This document shows positions 18,597 to 27,284 of a stretch of DNA of 45,652 nt, piece after piece. Numbering within the stretch: the stretch's first letter is position 1; every line of letters starts with the position of its first letter. This DNA comes from an uncultured Methanosarcinales archaeon. Lineage in GTDB: Archaea > Nanobdellota > Nanobdellia > Woesearchaeales > JABMPP01. Under the pieces are notes generated by a model. The model ran no database searches. It was not told where the DNA came from and worked only from the letters and a program-made list of their open reading frames with translations. The DNA lies in NCBI GenBank assembly GCA_964604995.1, contig CAZSAD010000010.1, positions 1 through 45,652 on the forward strand, in the 5' to 3' direction. Both the position numbers and the translations under genes were made by a program.

Positions 18597-20834
18597 TTAC
18601 TTTATACCAAATTTTGACATCACTTTCTCATATTTATCAAAATCTGCGCTTTTAGAGAAAGCTTCAACTTCATTTTCAGGTAGTTTTCCAAGTAAATCGT
18701 CCAATACAAGCAAAATGTTTTTAGTTTCGCTGTCAATTTTTGGCTTTGGAGATTTAGTAGATATCTTCTTCTCAAGAACTTCAAGCTGTTTTTTCTTTGT
18801 TGATAATTCTTTTTGAAGAGAATTTAACTCCTTTTGAGCTTTTACTGATTCAACTTTTGCTTTATTTGCTTGTTCTTTTAATTTATTTGACATTTCTAAA
18901 AGAGGCTTTGATTCAGTTTCCACTTGTTTTTTCAAATTAATTTTATCATTAATGGATTTATCCAAATCAAGAATTTCCAAATTTAACTTTTCTTTTTGTA
19001 TTTTTGATTTTTCTATTTCTACAAGAAGCAAATTTTGCTTTTTTTCAAAATTAGCTATAAGTTGAGATTTTGCTTCAAACTCCACTTTTCTTTTAGTTAA
19101 TAATTCATGCATTTCGAGATGAACTTTTTTGCTTTTTTGCAAATCATTTTCAGTTTGTTTTAATTGCTGCTCTTTTTCATTTAATGATTTCTCTTTTTGA
19201 TAGAGCATTCTTTCCTTTTCATTAAGATCAAACTTAAATGATTTATTCTCTTTTTGTAATCTGTCTTTTAAAATGTAAAGATTGTTTATTTCAACTTCTA
19301 AATTAGATATTTGTTTTTCATATGCTTTGATTCTTTGTGCTAATTTTAAATGATCTTCTTCTTTATTTTTTAATGAAGTGTGTATTTTTTCATGCTCTTG
19401 TTTTTTCAAATCAAGCTCTTTGAATTTTCTTGAAAGATCGCTTTCTTTTCTTAGTAAATCTTCATGCCTGGCATTGATTTGTTCAAGTTTGTCTCTTTTT
19501 TTAGTCTCTAATATTTTTATATGCTTTTCATGCTCAGCAATTTGATCTTGAAGTTCTTTTTTCTTTTTCTCTAGATTATATATAGAACGTTCATGTAAAC
19601 CCATTGCTGCAATTGCTGAATTGTAATCATTTGAAACTGTAATTTTTTGCTCAGTTGTTTTTTGTGCAACTTGAACTTTTGATTCCTTTTTAAATAAATC
19701 AAATAAACTCACTGATTTATTTTGCGCTTTTTGAGTTTCTTTTGGAATGCTTGGCATTTCTTTTGATTTAGGCACAACTTTAGAATTGTCGTCTAAGGGC
19801 AAAGTAATTATTTCTAAAGGTAATTCTGTTGGCACAACTACTTTTTTTGATTTTGACCCTTTAGATTTTAAATTTGAATTGAAAGATTCTTTTGTTTTTG
19901 CTTTTTCAGCAGATTTTATTACATTGTTTTTTGCTATTAATTCCTGCTCAAGTTTTTCCAAATCATCAGCAGGTTCATCAATTTGGGATAATTTAGTGAA
20001 CTTTGCATCTGTAGATGAATTACCTACTTTTTTACTAAATAATTTAGCAAAAAAACTTTGTTTAGGCGTAGGTGGTTTAGGCATTGAATTAATGTTTTGC
20101 GTCAAAGTGATTTGAGGGTTATCTTGAGACACTAATGGTTGTGGCATTTTCACTTCTGCATTTGTGGCATTTACTTTATTCAAATTTGCCAAATTTTTTG
20201 AGAAGCTTTTTTTATTTGAAGAATTACTTTTAAGATTATTTTTTGATGTTTTTTCTACAACTTTAATTTCTTTTAAAGGAGGTGCTAAAATAGAATCTTG
20301 GAAAAGTTCGGATTTAGAGTTTACTGTAAGTATAGACTGTTCTAATTTGTCCAAATCGTCAATTAATTCTTCAGTTGATTCTTGTTTAGACTGTGAATTT
20401 TGATTAACAGTTTTTGATTTGAATAACTTTGCAAAAAAACCACTCTTTTTTTCAGGTGCTGCAGTTGGTGGCACAGGAGGAGCTGGCATTTGTACGTCTT
20501 GTGAAGATGCATTTTGTGAAGTTGGTAAAGCTGAATTTGAATCTTGCGTTATTGATTTAAATAAATCAAAAGAACTAGGAATTGTAGGATCTGAATTATT
20601 AACAGAATCAAAATCAAAGCTAGGTTTTTTGTTAGATGTAGAGGTTGACCTTATGCTTAATCCTTTTTTTAATCTATCAATTGCTTTTTTTGCTGCTATT
20701 TTTGGAGCAGATGAAGATTTTTTAGATGATTTTTTTAGAGATTTGACATTTTTAACGTTTTTTGATTTGATAATTTTAATAGTTTTGATAGTTTTATTTT
20801 TATTTTTAGAAGAAAGCTGTCTTTTAGTTTTCAC
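18597..20834 (-). CDS. Large Lys-rich/disordered coiled-coil protein (745 aa) with repeated FFAKLF motifs
   Basis: GTG start after GGGGTG RBS, basic N-terminus, KKSGFFAKLFKSK, KQSFFAKLFSKK, DDLDKLEQ/DDLEKLEQ repeats, about 280 aa of coiled coil, and a C-terminal LDDLLGKLPENEVEAFSKSADFDKY. Confidence 0.8.
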   Translation of the reverse strand: MKTKRQLSSKNKNKTIKTIKIIKSKNVKNVKSLKKSSKKSSSAPKIAAKKAIDRLKKGLSIRSTSTSNKKPSFDFDSVNNSDPTIPSSFDLFKSITQDSNSALPTSQNASSQDVQMPAPPVPPTAAPEKKSGFFAKLFKSKTVNQNSQSKQESTEELIDDLDKLEQSILTVNSKSELFQDSILAPPLKEIKVVEKTSKNNLKSNSSNKKSFSKNLANLNKVNATNAEVKMPQPLVSQDNPQITLTQNINSMPKPPTPKQSFFAKLFSKKVGNSSTDAKFTKLSQIDEPADDLEKLEQELIAKNNVIKSAEKAKTKESFNSNLKSKGSKSKKVVVPTELPLEIITLPLDDNSKVVPKSKEMPSIPKETQKAQNKSVSLFDLFKKESKVQVAQKTTEQKITVSNDYNSAIAAMGLHERSIYNLEKKKKELQDQIAEHEKHIKILETKKRDKLEQINARHEDLLRKESDLSRKFKELDLKKQEHEKIHTSLKNKEEDHLKLAQRIKAYEKQISNLEVEINNLYILKDRLQKENKSFKFDLNEKERMLYQKEKSLNEKEQQLKQTENDLQKSKKVHLEMHELLTKRKVEFEAKSQLIANFEKKQNLLLVEIEKSKIQKEKLNLEILDLDKSINDKINLKKQVETESKPLLEMSNKLKEQANKAKVESVKAQKELNSLQKELSTKKKQLEVLEKKISTKSPKPKIDSETKNILLVLDDLLGKLPENEVEAFSKSADFDKYEKVMSKFGIK

Positions 20835-21118
20835 TATTATGCACCCCTTTTAATACCACTCCCATAATATTTAAATGAAAGTTTAGTTTTTCATATATAT
20901 ACTTTTATTGTAACTTAAGAATAGCTAATAATTTTTGGAGAGGAAAGATTATGATGAGATAATTCCAAAAAAGAAAATTATTAATCGCAAATAAATCGCA
21001 AAGCTTTTTAAGCACGCTAAAAACCCATAGAGTTACACTTATTGGTGTTAAAATTAACATCATAACAAGATAAAATAACATAAAAAATAATAATATTATA
21101 ATTTAGGAGGTTATGCAT

Positions 21119-21289
21119 ATGGAAAATCTCACATGCATTTCATGCAAAAAAAGAATCACAAACACTGAAGGCGTTGCACAATTTGATTGCCCAAACTGCG
21201 GCAAAGCAAAAATAATTAGATGCAAACACTGCAGACAACTTGCTGCAAAGTTTACATGCCCAAGCTGCAACTTTGTTGGACCAAATTAA
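21119..21289 (+). CDS. Small zinc-finger protein, HVO_2753/DUF1610 family
   Basis: Below the ORF-track cutoff. MENLTCISCKKRITNTEGVAQFDCPNCGKAKIIRCKHCRQLAAKFTCPSCNFVGPN has four CxxC pairs and an AGGAGGT RBS, in the usual position upstream of EF-1beta. Confidence 0.92.
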   Translation: MENLTCISCKKRITNTEGVAQFDCPNCGKAKIIRCKHCRQLAAKFTCPSCNFVGPN

Positions 21290-21332
21290 TTTTTTTAATT
21301 ATTGAAAATATAATTGTTTAAGAGGTAATAAA

Positions 21333-21608
21333 ATGGCAAGTGTTATTATAACAATGAGGATTATGCCAACTGATCCCGAAGTAAATTTAGATAATATTCA
21401 AAAAAGTGCAAATGATATAATCACAAAAACTGGCGCTAAAGTTGGAAAAGTTACAATTGTCCCAATTGCATTTGGATTAAATTCAATTGAAATGATGTTT
21501 ATTGCTGACGAGAGCAAAGGCTCAACTGATGATATGGAAGCAGAAATAGCAAAAGTTGAAGGCATAAATTCTGTTGAAGTAATTGATGTTAGAAGAGCAA
21601 TTGGATAA
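21333..21608 (+). CDS. ef1b: Translation elongation factor aEF-1beta
   Basis: IMPTDPEVNL, PIAFGL and VEGINSVEV motifs; GAGGT RBS. Confidence 0.95.
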   Translation: MASVIITMRIMPTDPEVNLDNIQKSANDIITKTGAKVGKVTIVPIAFGLNSIEMMFIADESKGSTDDMEAEIAKVEGINSVEVIDVRRAIG

Positions 21609-21685
21609 AAATTAATTTCTTTTTTTAATAATTTATTTTCATTTTCTTGAATAAGTTTATATTCACTAAATTATTAGCACTTAAT

Positions 21686-22312
21686 ATGTTTGGGATATTG
21701 GTTTTCGGAGATAGTATTTCTTTTGGTGTAGGTGAAAATCCAAATATTGGGTGGGTTGGAAGATTAAAAAAATATTTTGAACCTAAAGGATTTCATAATT
21801 ATGTATTTAATCTTGCAGTTCCCGGAGAAACATCTACAACATTATTAAAAAGATTTGAATCTGAAATTAAATCAAGAGTAAAATACCTCCATCCCAAGGA
21901 TAAATTTATCGTAATGCTTGCAATTGGAATAAATGATTCAAGAAGAATTGGAACAATTGATAAGGTTCAAACCAATCCAAAAATATTTGAAAAAAATATT
22001 ATCAAGCTAATTAAAATTTCAAAGAAATATACAAAACAAATTCTGATTGTTGGGTTAACTCCTGTTGATAAAGATATAACTGCCCCTTTTGAAGATACTT
22101 ATTTTACAAATAACCAAATTCAAGAATACGATAAAATCCTTAAAAAATCTGCACTAAAAAACAAGATAGATTATGTAAATTTGTTTAATCCTATTTTTGA
22201 GAGCAATTATAAAAAATTATTAGCTGATGGATTGCATCCGAACAAAAAGGGTTATGGAAAAATGCACAGGATAGTAAAAGAATTCTTGATAACAAAAAAG
22301 TTTATTGAATAA
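21686..22312 (+). CDS. SGNH/GDSL hydrolase
   Basis: FGDSI (block I), AVPGET (II), GIND (III) and DGLHP (V). Likely start ATG 21686 (track start 21647). Confidence 0.92.
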   Translation: MFGILVFGDSISFGVGENPNIGWVGRLKKYFEPKGFHNYVFNLAVPGETSTTLLKRFESEIKSRVKYLHPKDKFIVMLAIGINDSRRIGTIDKVQTNPKIFEKNIIKLIKISKKYTKQILIVGLTPVDKDITAPFEDTYFTNNQIQEYDKILKKSALKNKIDYVNLFNPIFESNYKKLLADGLHPNKKGYGKMHRIVKEFLITKKFIE

Positions 22313-22358
22313 AAAATTGATTGAATAAGATTAACTTTTAAATTATTAATTTGTTTTT

Positions 22359-23516
22359 TTATTTAGAATTTATTTCTTTTATTATTTTTATAAAATCAGA
22401 GACATCCGCATTGGTATTTATTGCAGTTCCGCAAATGTGCGAATTACATCCACTAAATCCTTTTTTATGAAGAAAATCAATGATTTGCTGTTTTCTTGGA
22501 ATTTCTTTGATTTGGTTTTTTTGGCAAATATTATGGATATCATAAAAGCCAACAGTATTTGTCAAGTATTCTTCCTTTAGCATTTGTAAAAATTTTATTT
22601 GTTTTTCATTCTGCTTTTCATTTTGTTTTTTATCACTAGATTTTGAAATCATTTTTGTAATTAAATTTAAATCACCTAAATTTCCAACCCACACTGGACC
22701 AGCATGCACTACATTTTTTGATTTGCAGCTTTTGCATTGTCCAGCATTCAAATTTGAGATTTCGCGACTCAAGCAATCTTTGCAATAAAGAATAAATTGG
22801 TGCTGTTTAATTATTTCATCACTTTGTTGTTTACCTTTTTTAATTATAAAAAATAATCTGTAATAATGTTCTTTGTAAAAACTAAGAATTGGAATTGCTG
22901 CTAAATCATGATGTGATGCTAAAAGCTGAACTTTTCGAATTAATATTCTAAGACCAGTTTCGTGCATAAATTCATTTTTTAGAGGTTGCGACCAGTATTT
23001 TCTTATTCCTGCATTAACAAAAGCGCCAGCTAATGCGCCTGTATCTGTTGCAGTAACTGCTAAAATTCCATATCTTCGCATCCCTTGAATTGAGCAGTCA
23101 AGAAATGGATTAGGCGAACCAAATGGATCAATATCAATATAATCAAATTTTTTAGATGACATCAAAAGTTTATTTGCTTCTTCATTAAAGATTTCTATTC
23201 TTTTATCGCTTTGAAGATTATTTAATTTTAGATTCTTTTTTATTTGCGTTACTGCACGTTTGCTCATATCGTTGATAATTAAAGTTTTTATTGCATTTTG
23301 TGGCAGCTCTTTTAGAAATCTTATGCTTCTAACTCCTGATGCTGCCATGATGTCAGCTACCAACATATTTTTTTTGCCAAGCGCTTTTAGGAGTAATACT
23401 GAAATATCGCGATTAAATTTCATAACTGGATTATAAAATACATCAAGGTCTCTTGATATTTTTTCTTCAACTGGCACATTGATTTTCGCTTTGCCTTCAG
23501 TTATTGTTTTGAACAT
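22359..23516 (-). CDS. trm1: tRNA (guanine26-N2)-dimethyltransferase Trm1
   Basis: VFYNPVMKFNRD, AASGVRSIR, DIDPFGSP, VTATD, ETGLRIL and GPVWVG motifs. Confidence 0.96.
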   Translation of the reverse strand: MFKTITEGKAKINVPVEEKISRDLDVFYNPVMKFNRDISVLLLKALGKKNMLVADIMAASGVRSIRFLKELPQNAIKTLIINDMSKRAVTQIKKNLKLNNLQSDKRIEIFNEEANKLLMSSKKFDYIDIDPFGSPNPFLDCSIQGMRRYGILAVTATDTGALAGAFVNAGIRKYWSQPLKNEFMHETGLRILIRKVQLLASHHDLAAIPILSFYKEHYYRLFFIIKKGKQQSDEIIKQHQFILYCKDCLSREISNLNAGQCKSCKSKNVVHAGPVWVGNLGDLNLITKMISKSSDKKQNEKQNEKQIKFLQMLKEEYLTNTVGFYDIHNICQKNQIKEIPRKQQIIDFLHKKGFSGCNSHICGTAINTNADVSDFIKIIKEINSK

Positions 23517-23694
23517 TAAAGTAGGGATTTCTTTTTAGTTTATATCTTTTTAGTTTATAAATACTTAAATTTTTATTAGATAAATTTTTTTAAGATTTTA
23601 TTAAGTTCGTTTAAAATTTTTTATAAAAAGTGTTTCTAAGTGTATTCCCCACAACATTTTTAAAACGATGCAATATCCCTATCCTAGATGTTTT

Positions 23695-25464
23695 ATGCCA
23701 GCAATACGAAGCCCGATATGTACTGTAGTTGGGCATGTGGATCATGGTAAGAGCTCAATGCTCGATAGAGTTAGAGGCACTTCTATAATTGATGATGAAG
23801 CTGGTAAAATCACACAAGCTATTGGAGCATCAATTATTCCAATTGAAACTATTCAAAAAATTTGCGGCCCACTTGTTCAAATGCTTAAAATGGATATTAC
23901 CATCCAAGGACTTTTATTTATCGATACACCAGGACATGCTGCTTTTACAAATCTTAGAAAAAGAGGAGGAACTCTTGCTGATATTGCAGCTTTAGTTGTT
24001 GATATTAATGAAGGTTTCAAACCACAAACAATTGAAGCACTTGAAATGCTTAAACAATCTAAAGTGCCATTTATTGTTGTTGCAAATAAAATTGATTTAC
24101 TTGCTGGATGGAGAGTGGATAAAGAAGAGAGAAGCTATCTAAAAGCATTTGCAAAACAAAACGAGAAAACACAGCAAATTCTTGATCAAAAAATATATGA
24201 ACTTGTTGGCAAGTTATTCGAATTTGGATTTAATTCTGAAAGATTTGATAGAGTTTCTGATTATACTTCACAAATTGCAATAGTTCCAGTTTCTGCTAAA
24301 ATGGATATTGGTATTCCAGAATTTTTAATGATTTTAGCTGGGCTTGCCCAAAAATATCTTGAAAAAAGTTTGAAACTAAATGTGGATGGCCCAGCAAAAG
24401 GCACAATTCTTGAAGTAAAAACTTTAAAAGGTATGGGTTGCTGCTTGGATGTTATTATCTATGATGGAATTCTAAAAGTTAATGATATCATAGTTATTGG
24501 TGGAGTTGAAACACCCATTGTTACAAAAGTTAGGGCAATATTCGAACCTGAACCTTTGTCTGAAACAAGAGACAAAAAAAGCAAATTTAATACTGTAAAA
24601 GAAGCAAAAGCTGCAACTGCCGTTAGAATTTCTGCTCCAGATATGGAAGGAGTTATTGCAGGAATGCCAATTAGAGTTGCAGTAACTGAAACATTAGAAC
24701 AAGTCAAATTAGATATTCAAAAAGAAGTCAGTGAAGTTTTAATTGAAACAGATAAAAATGGGATTATAATAAAAGCAGATACCTTAGGAAGTTTGGAAGC
24801 ATTAATTACAATGCTAAAAGAAAGGCAAATACCAATAAGAAAAGCTGCAGTTGGGAATGTTTCTAAAAAAGATTTGAGTGATGCAGAAAGTAATTTTGAA
24901 ACAAATCCATTGGATTGTGTTATTTTAGGATTTAATATTGAACTGCCATCAGATGTTTTGCCTTCTGCAAGAGTGAAGGTTTTTACAAACAATGTAATTT
25001 ACAAACTTCTTGAAGATTTTGAAAAATGGAAAATTGAACAAAATAAAAGATTAGAAGAAGCTGCAGTTGACCAACTTGTTAGACCATGCAAAATTGAACT
25101 TATGAGAAATTATGTTTTTAGACAAAATAACCCAGCTATTGTTGGAGCTGAAATTTTAATTGGAAAATTAAAAGCGGGAATGCCGATTATGAAAGATGGT
25201 AAAGTTTTAACAACAATAAAAAGCATACAAGCTGAAAAAGAAAGTGTAAATGTTGCTGGGGAGGGAAAACAAGTTGCAATTTCAATGGAAGGAGTAACTG
25301 TTGGCAGGCAAATAAATGAAGGAGACATATTATATAGTGCAACACCAGAAGAAGATTTTCGCAAATTAAAAGAATTTAAAAAATACCTAACAAACAAAGA
25401 AATTGAAGTGCTAAAAGAAATTGCAGTTATTATGAGAAAAGAAAATCCCTTGTGGGGAGTATAA
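23695..25464 (+). CDS. infB: Translation initiation factor aIF5B (IF-2)
   Basis: IRSPIC..VGHVDHGKS, DTPGH, NKID, KADTLGSLEAL and VFRQNNPAIVG. Likely start ATG 23695 (track start 23668). Confidence 0.97.
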   Translation: MPAIRSPICTVVGHVDHGKSSMLDRVRGTSIIDDEAGKITQAIGASIIPIETIQKICGPLVQMLKMDITIQGLLFIDTPGHAAFTNLRKRGGTLADIAALVVDINEGFKPQTIEALEMLKQSKVPFIVVANKIDLLAGWRVDKEERSYLKAFAKQNEKTQQILDQKIYELVGKLFEFGFNSERFDRVSDYTSQIAIVPVSAKMDIGIPEFLMILAGLAQKYLEKSLKLNVDGPAKGTILEVKTLKGMGCCLDVIIYDGILKVNDIIVIGGVETPIVTKVRAIFEPEPLSETRDKKSKFNTVKEAKAATAVRISAPDMEGVIAGMPIRVAVTETLEQVKLDIQKEVSEVLIETDKNGIIIKADTLGSLEALITMLKERQIPIRKAAVGNVSKKDLSDAESNFETNPLDCVILGFNIELPSDVLPSARVKVFTNNVIYKLLEDFEKWKIEQNKRLEEAAVDQLVRPCKIELMRNYVFRQNNPAIVGAEILIGKLKAGMPIMKDGKVLTTIKSIQAEKESVNVAGEGKQVAISMEGVTVGRQINEGDILYSATPEEDFRKLKEFKKYLTNKEIEVLKEIAVIMRKENPLWGV

Positions 25465-25505
25465 GATAATAATCAAATAATTAATATTAAAAATACTTGA
25501 TAAAA

Positions 25506-25979
25506 ATGCAACAACTAAAAATTCAAAGCAAAAGAGAAACTGAAGAAATAATTAGACTAGTTAAAACACAGTGGGGATCTGACATTGAATTAGATTATGC
25601 TGTTTTAAAAAATAATGAGGATAAAATATTTCTTGCAAGCAAAGATTTGTTTACATTGGATTTTGAAGATTTAAAAATTAATTCTATTGGAATGTATTTT
25701 GGGGAAATATTGAAAAGCAAATTCAATACAAAACAAGAAATTAGACTTTCAATTGAAGGAAGTCAGCTTGTTGGACCAAGTGCTAAAATAAATGTGATTG
25801 AATTAGATGATGAACAGTCAAGAAATTGGCTTCGTGGAAATGAAATTGATATGGAACTTGACAATAATGGATTTGTTATTATAAAACACGGTGAAGATTT
25901 TTTAGGCTCTGGAAAATCTATGGGAAGCAGAATTCTAAATTATGTGCCTAAAGGAAGAAGAATAACTTGTGTTGATTAA
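25506..25979 (+). CDS. PUA-like RNA-binding protein (NIP7/RsmF C-terminal-like)
   Basis: GMYFGE...IRLSIEGSQLVG...WLRG...GFVII...LGSGK...LNYVPKGRR. Confidence 0.8.
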   Translation: MQQLKIQSKRETEEIIRLVKTQWGSDIELDYAVLKNNEDKIFLASKDLFTLDFEDLKINSIGMYFGEILKSKFNTKQEIRLSIEGSQLVGPSAKINVIELDDEQSRNWLRGNEIDMELDNNGFVIIKHGEDFLGSGKSMGSRILNYVPKGRRITCVD

Positions 25980-26040
25980 TAAATAATTTTAGTAATTTTG
26001 AAATAAAAATTAAATAGTAACCAAATTAAGCAATCTCAAA

Positions 26041-27225
26041 TTAAAAGAGCGTAAATCTTATTGGCTCTAATAAACGTTCTAAATTATCACAAGAAGCTTT
26101 TAATTCTGGAAATTCATTTAATATTTTTTTTACTTTTTCTTTTTGTTCCCTATCCATTACATTGTGTTGTCTTGCACCTAAAAATTCATCCCTTAAAAAA
26201 TTAGTAATATCTGTAATTTGAACTTCCATGTTTTCATTTAAAGGAACTTTTAAGTCTCTTGGCCATTCAGGAGATTCTTTTGCATTTATATCAAATTGAT
26301 CATAACCAGTATTGACATTCTTTTTGCCATGACTTCCATCTAAAATAAGGTATTTGGATTTATCGCCACCTGCTTTAATAACATTTTTCTCGAATTTTCG
26401 ACATGCTACATTTTGATCAACAACTATTAGTTTTAAAGCAAAAACATCATCTACTATTTGCATTGACTCTTCAAATTTTGACAAATCAAAACTTTGTTTT
26501 CTAGGATTGTAATCTGCTGATGTAAGCGCTGCTGCAACTTTTCGTAGGTTTTTTCCATTAATTCTTTCTTCACTTTTTAATCTTATACTAGTTGCTAAAA
26601 GAATATAACTTTGTTCAGGATTATTAAAATTATAATGAAGATTGGGTTTTTCTCTAATTTGAAAATATACTTCGTGCATTGGAAAAAATTCAAATATCTC
26701 GAATTTACTTTTTAAAACTGGAAGTTTTCTATTTGTCTCCATACCTTGATGCCATTCATGGGTGTAATTTGAAAGTTCAACAAAGTGACTATAATTTAAA
26801 TCAGTTATTTTTTTTAAGATTGAATCTAATTGTGATTGTGATGCATTTCCTTTAGATTTATCAGCAATTTTTTTGATATGTTTGCGGTATATTGTTTTTA
26901 ATTGATCAGTATATTCATCAGGTCTACTTTTTATAAATGCTTTTAATACCATATATTGATTTTTTGGCTTAAAAAAATAAAAATCATCTGCATGTTTACT
27001 TAGTATGTCTCTAGTATCTGCTTCCAATGTCTTTAAAACTCTGCCTGCTCGATATATTTTGAGATTAATTGCGTCCTGCAAATCTTTTTCTGCTGAACTG
27101 GTTAAATGATTATAAAATATTTTTAAAGGATTACTAGCTAATAAAGTCAACTCTCCAAAATTAAGATTATTTAATTCCGAATTGGTGTATGCATTCTTAA
27201 TTTTTTCTATGCTTCCTTTTTCCAT
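26041..27225 (-). CDS. Putative divergent RelA/SpoT-type (small alarmone) synthetase-domain protein
   Basis: Motifs in the RSH SYNTH order: RLKSEERINGKNLRK (aa 215-229), DDVFALKLIV (259-268), KNVNTGY (302-308), MEVQIT (333-338), H354. Confidence 0.6.
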   Translation of the reverse strand: MEKGSIEKIKNAYTNSELNNLNFGELTLLASNPLKIFYNHLTSSAEKDLQDAINLKIYRAGRVLKTLEADTRDILSKHADDFYFFKPKNQYMVLKAFIKSRPDEYTDQLKTIYRKHIKKIADKSKGNASQSQLDSILKKITDLNYSHFVELSNYTHEWHQGMETNRKLPVLKSKFEIFEFFPMHEVYFQIREKPNLHYNFNNPEQSYILLATSIRLKSEERINGKNLRKVAAALTSADYNPRKQSFDLSKFEESMQIVDDVFALKLIVVDQNVACRKFEKNVIKAGGDKSKYLILDGSHGKKNVNTGYDQFDINAKESPEWPRDLKVPLNENMEVQITDITNFLRDEFLGARQHNVMDREQKEKVKKILNEFPELKASCDNLERLLEPIRFTLF

Positions 27226-27241
27226 TTTTTACCTTTGATAA

Positions 27242-27270
27242 ATATTGTTTAAATTGATATTGTTTAAATT
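27242..27270. repeat. 14-bp direct repeat ATATTGTTTAAATT x2 between the HD and synthetase-like genes
   Basis: Copies at 27242-27255 and 27257-27270. Confidence 0.75.
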
Positions 27271-27284
27271 AATGTTATTTGAAA

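Noticed and set aside
16087..20834. Coiled-coil proteins as SMC/Rad50 or chemoreceptors
   Set aside because: No Walker A/B, signature, hinge, zinc hook or MCP hairpin motif is present.
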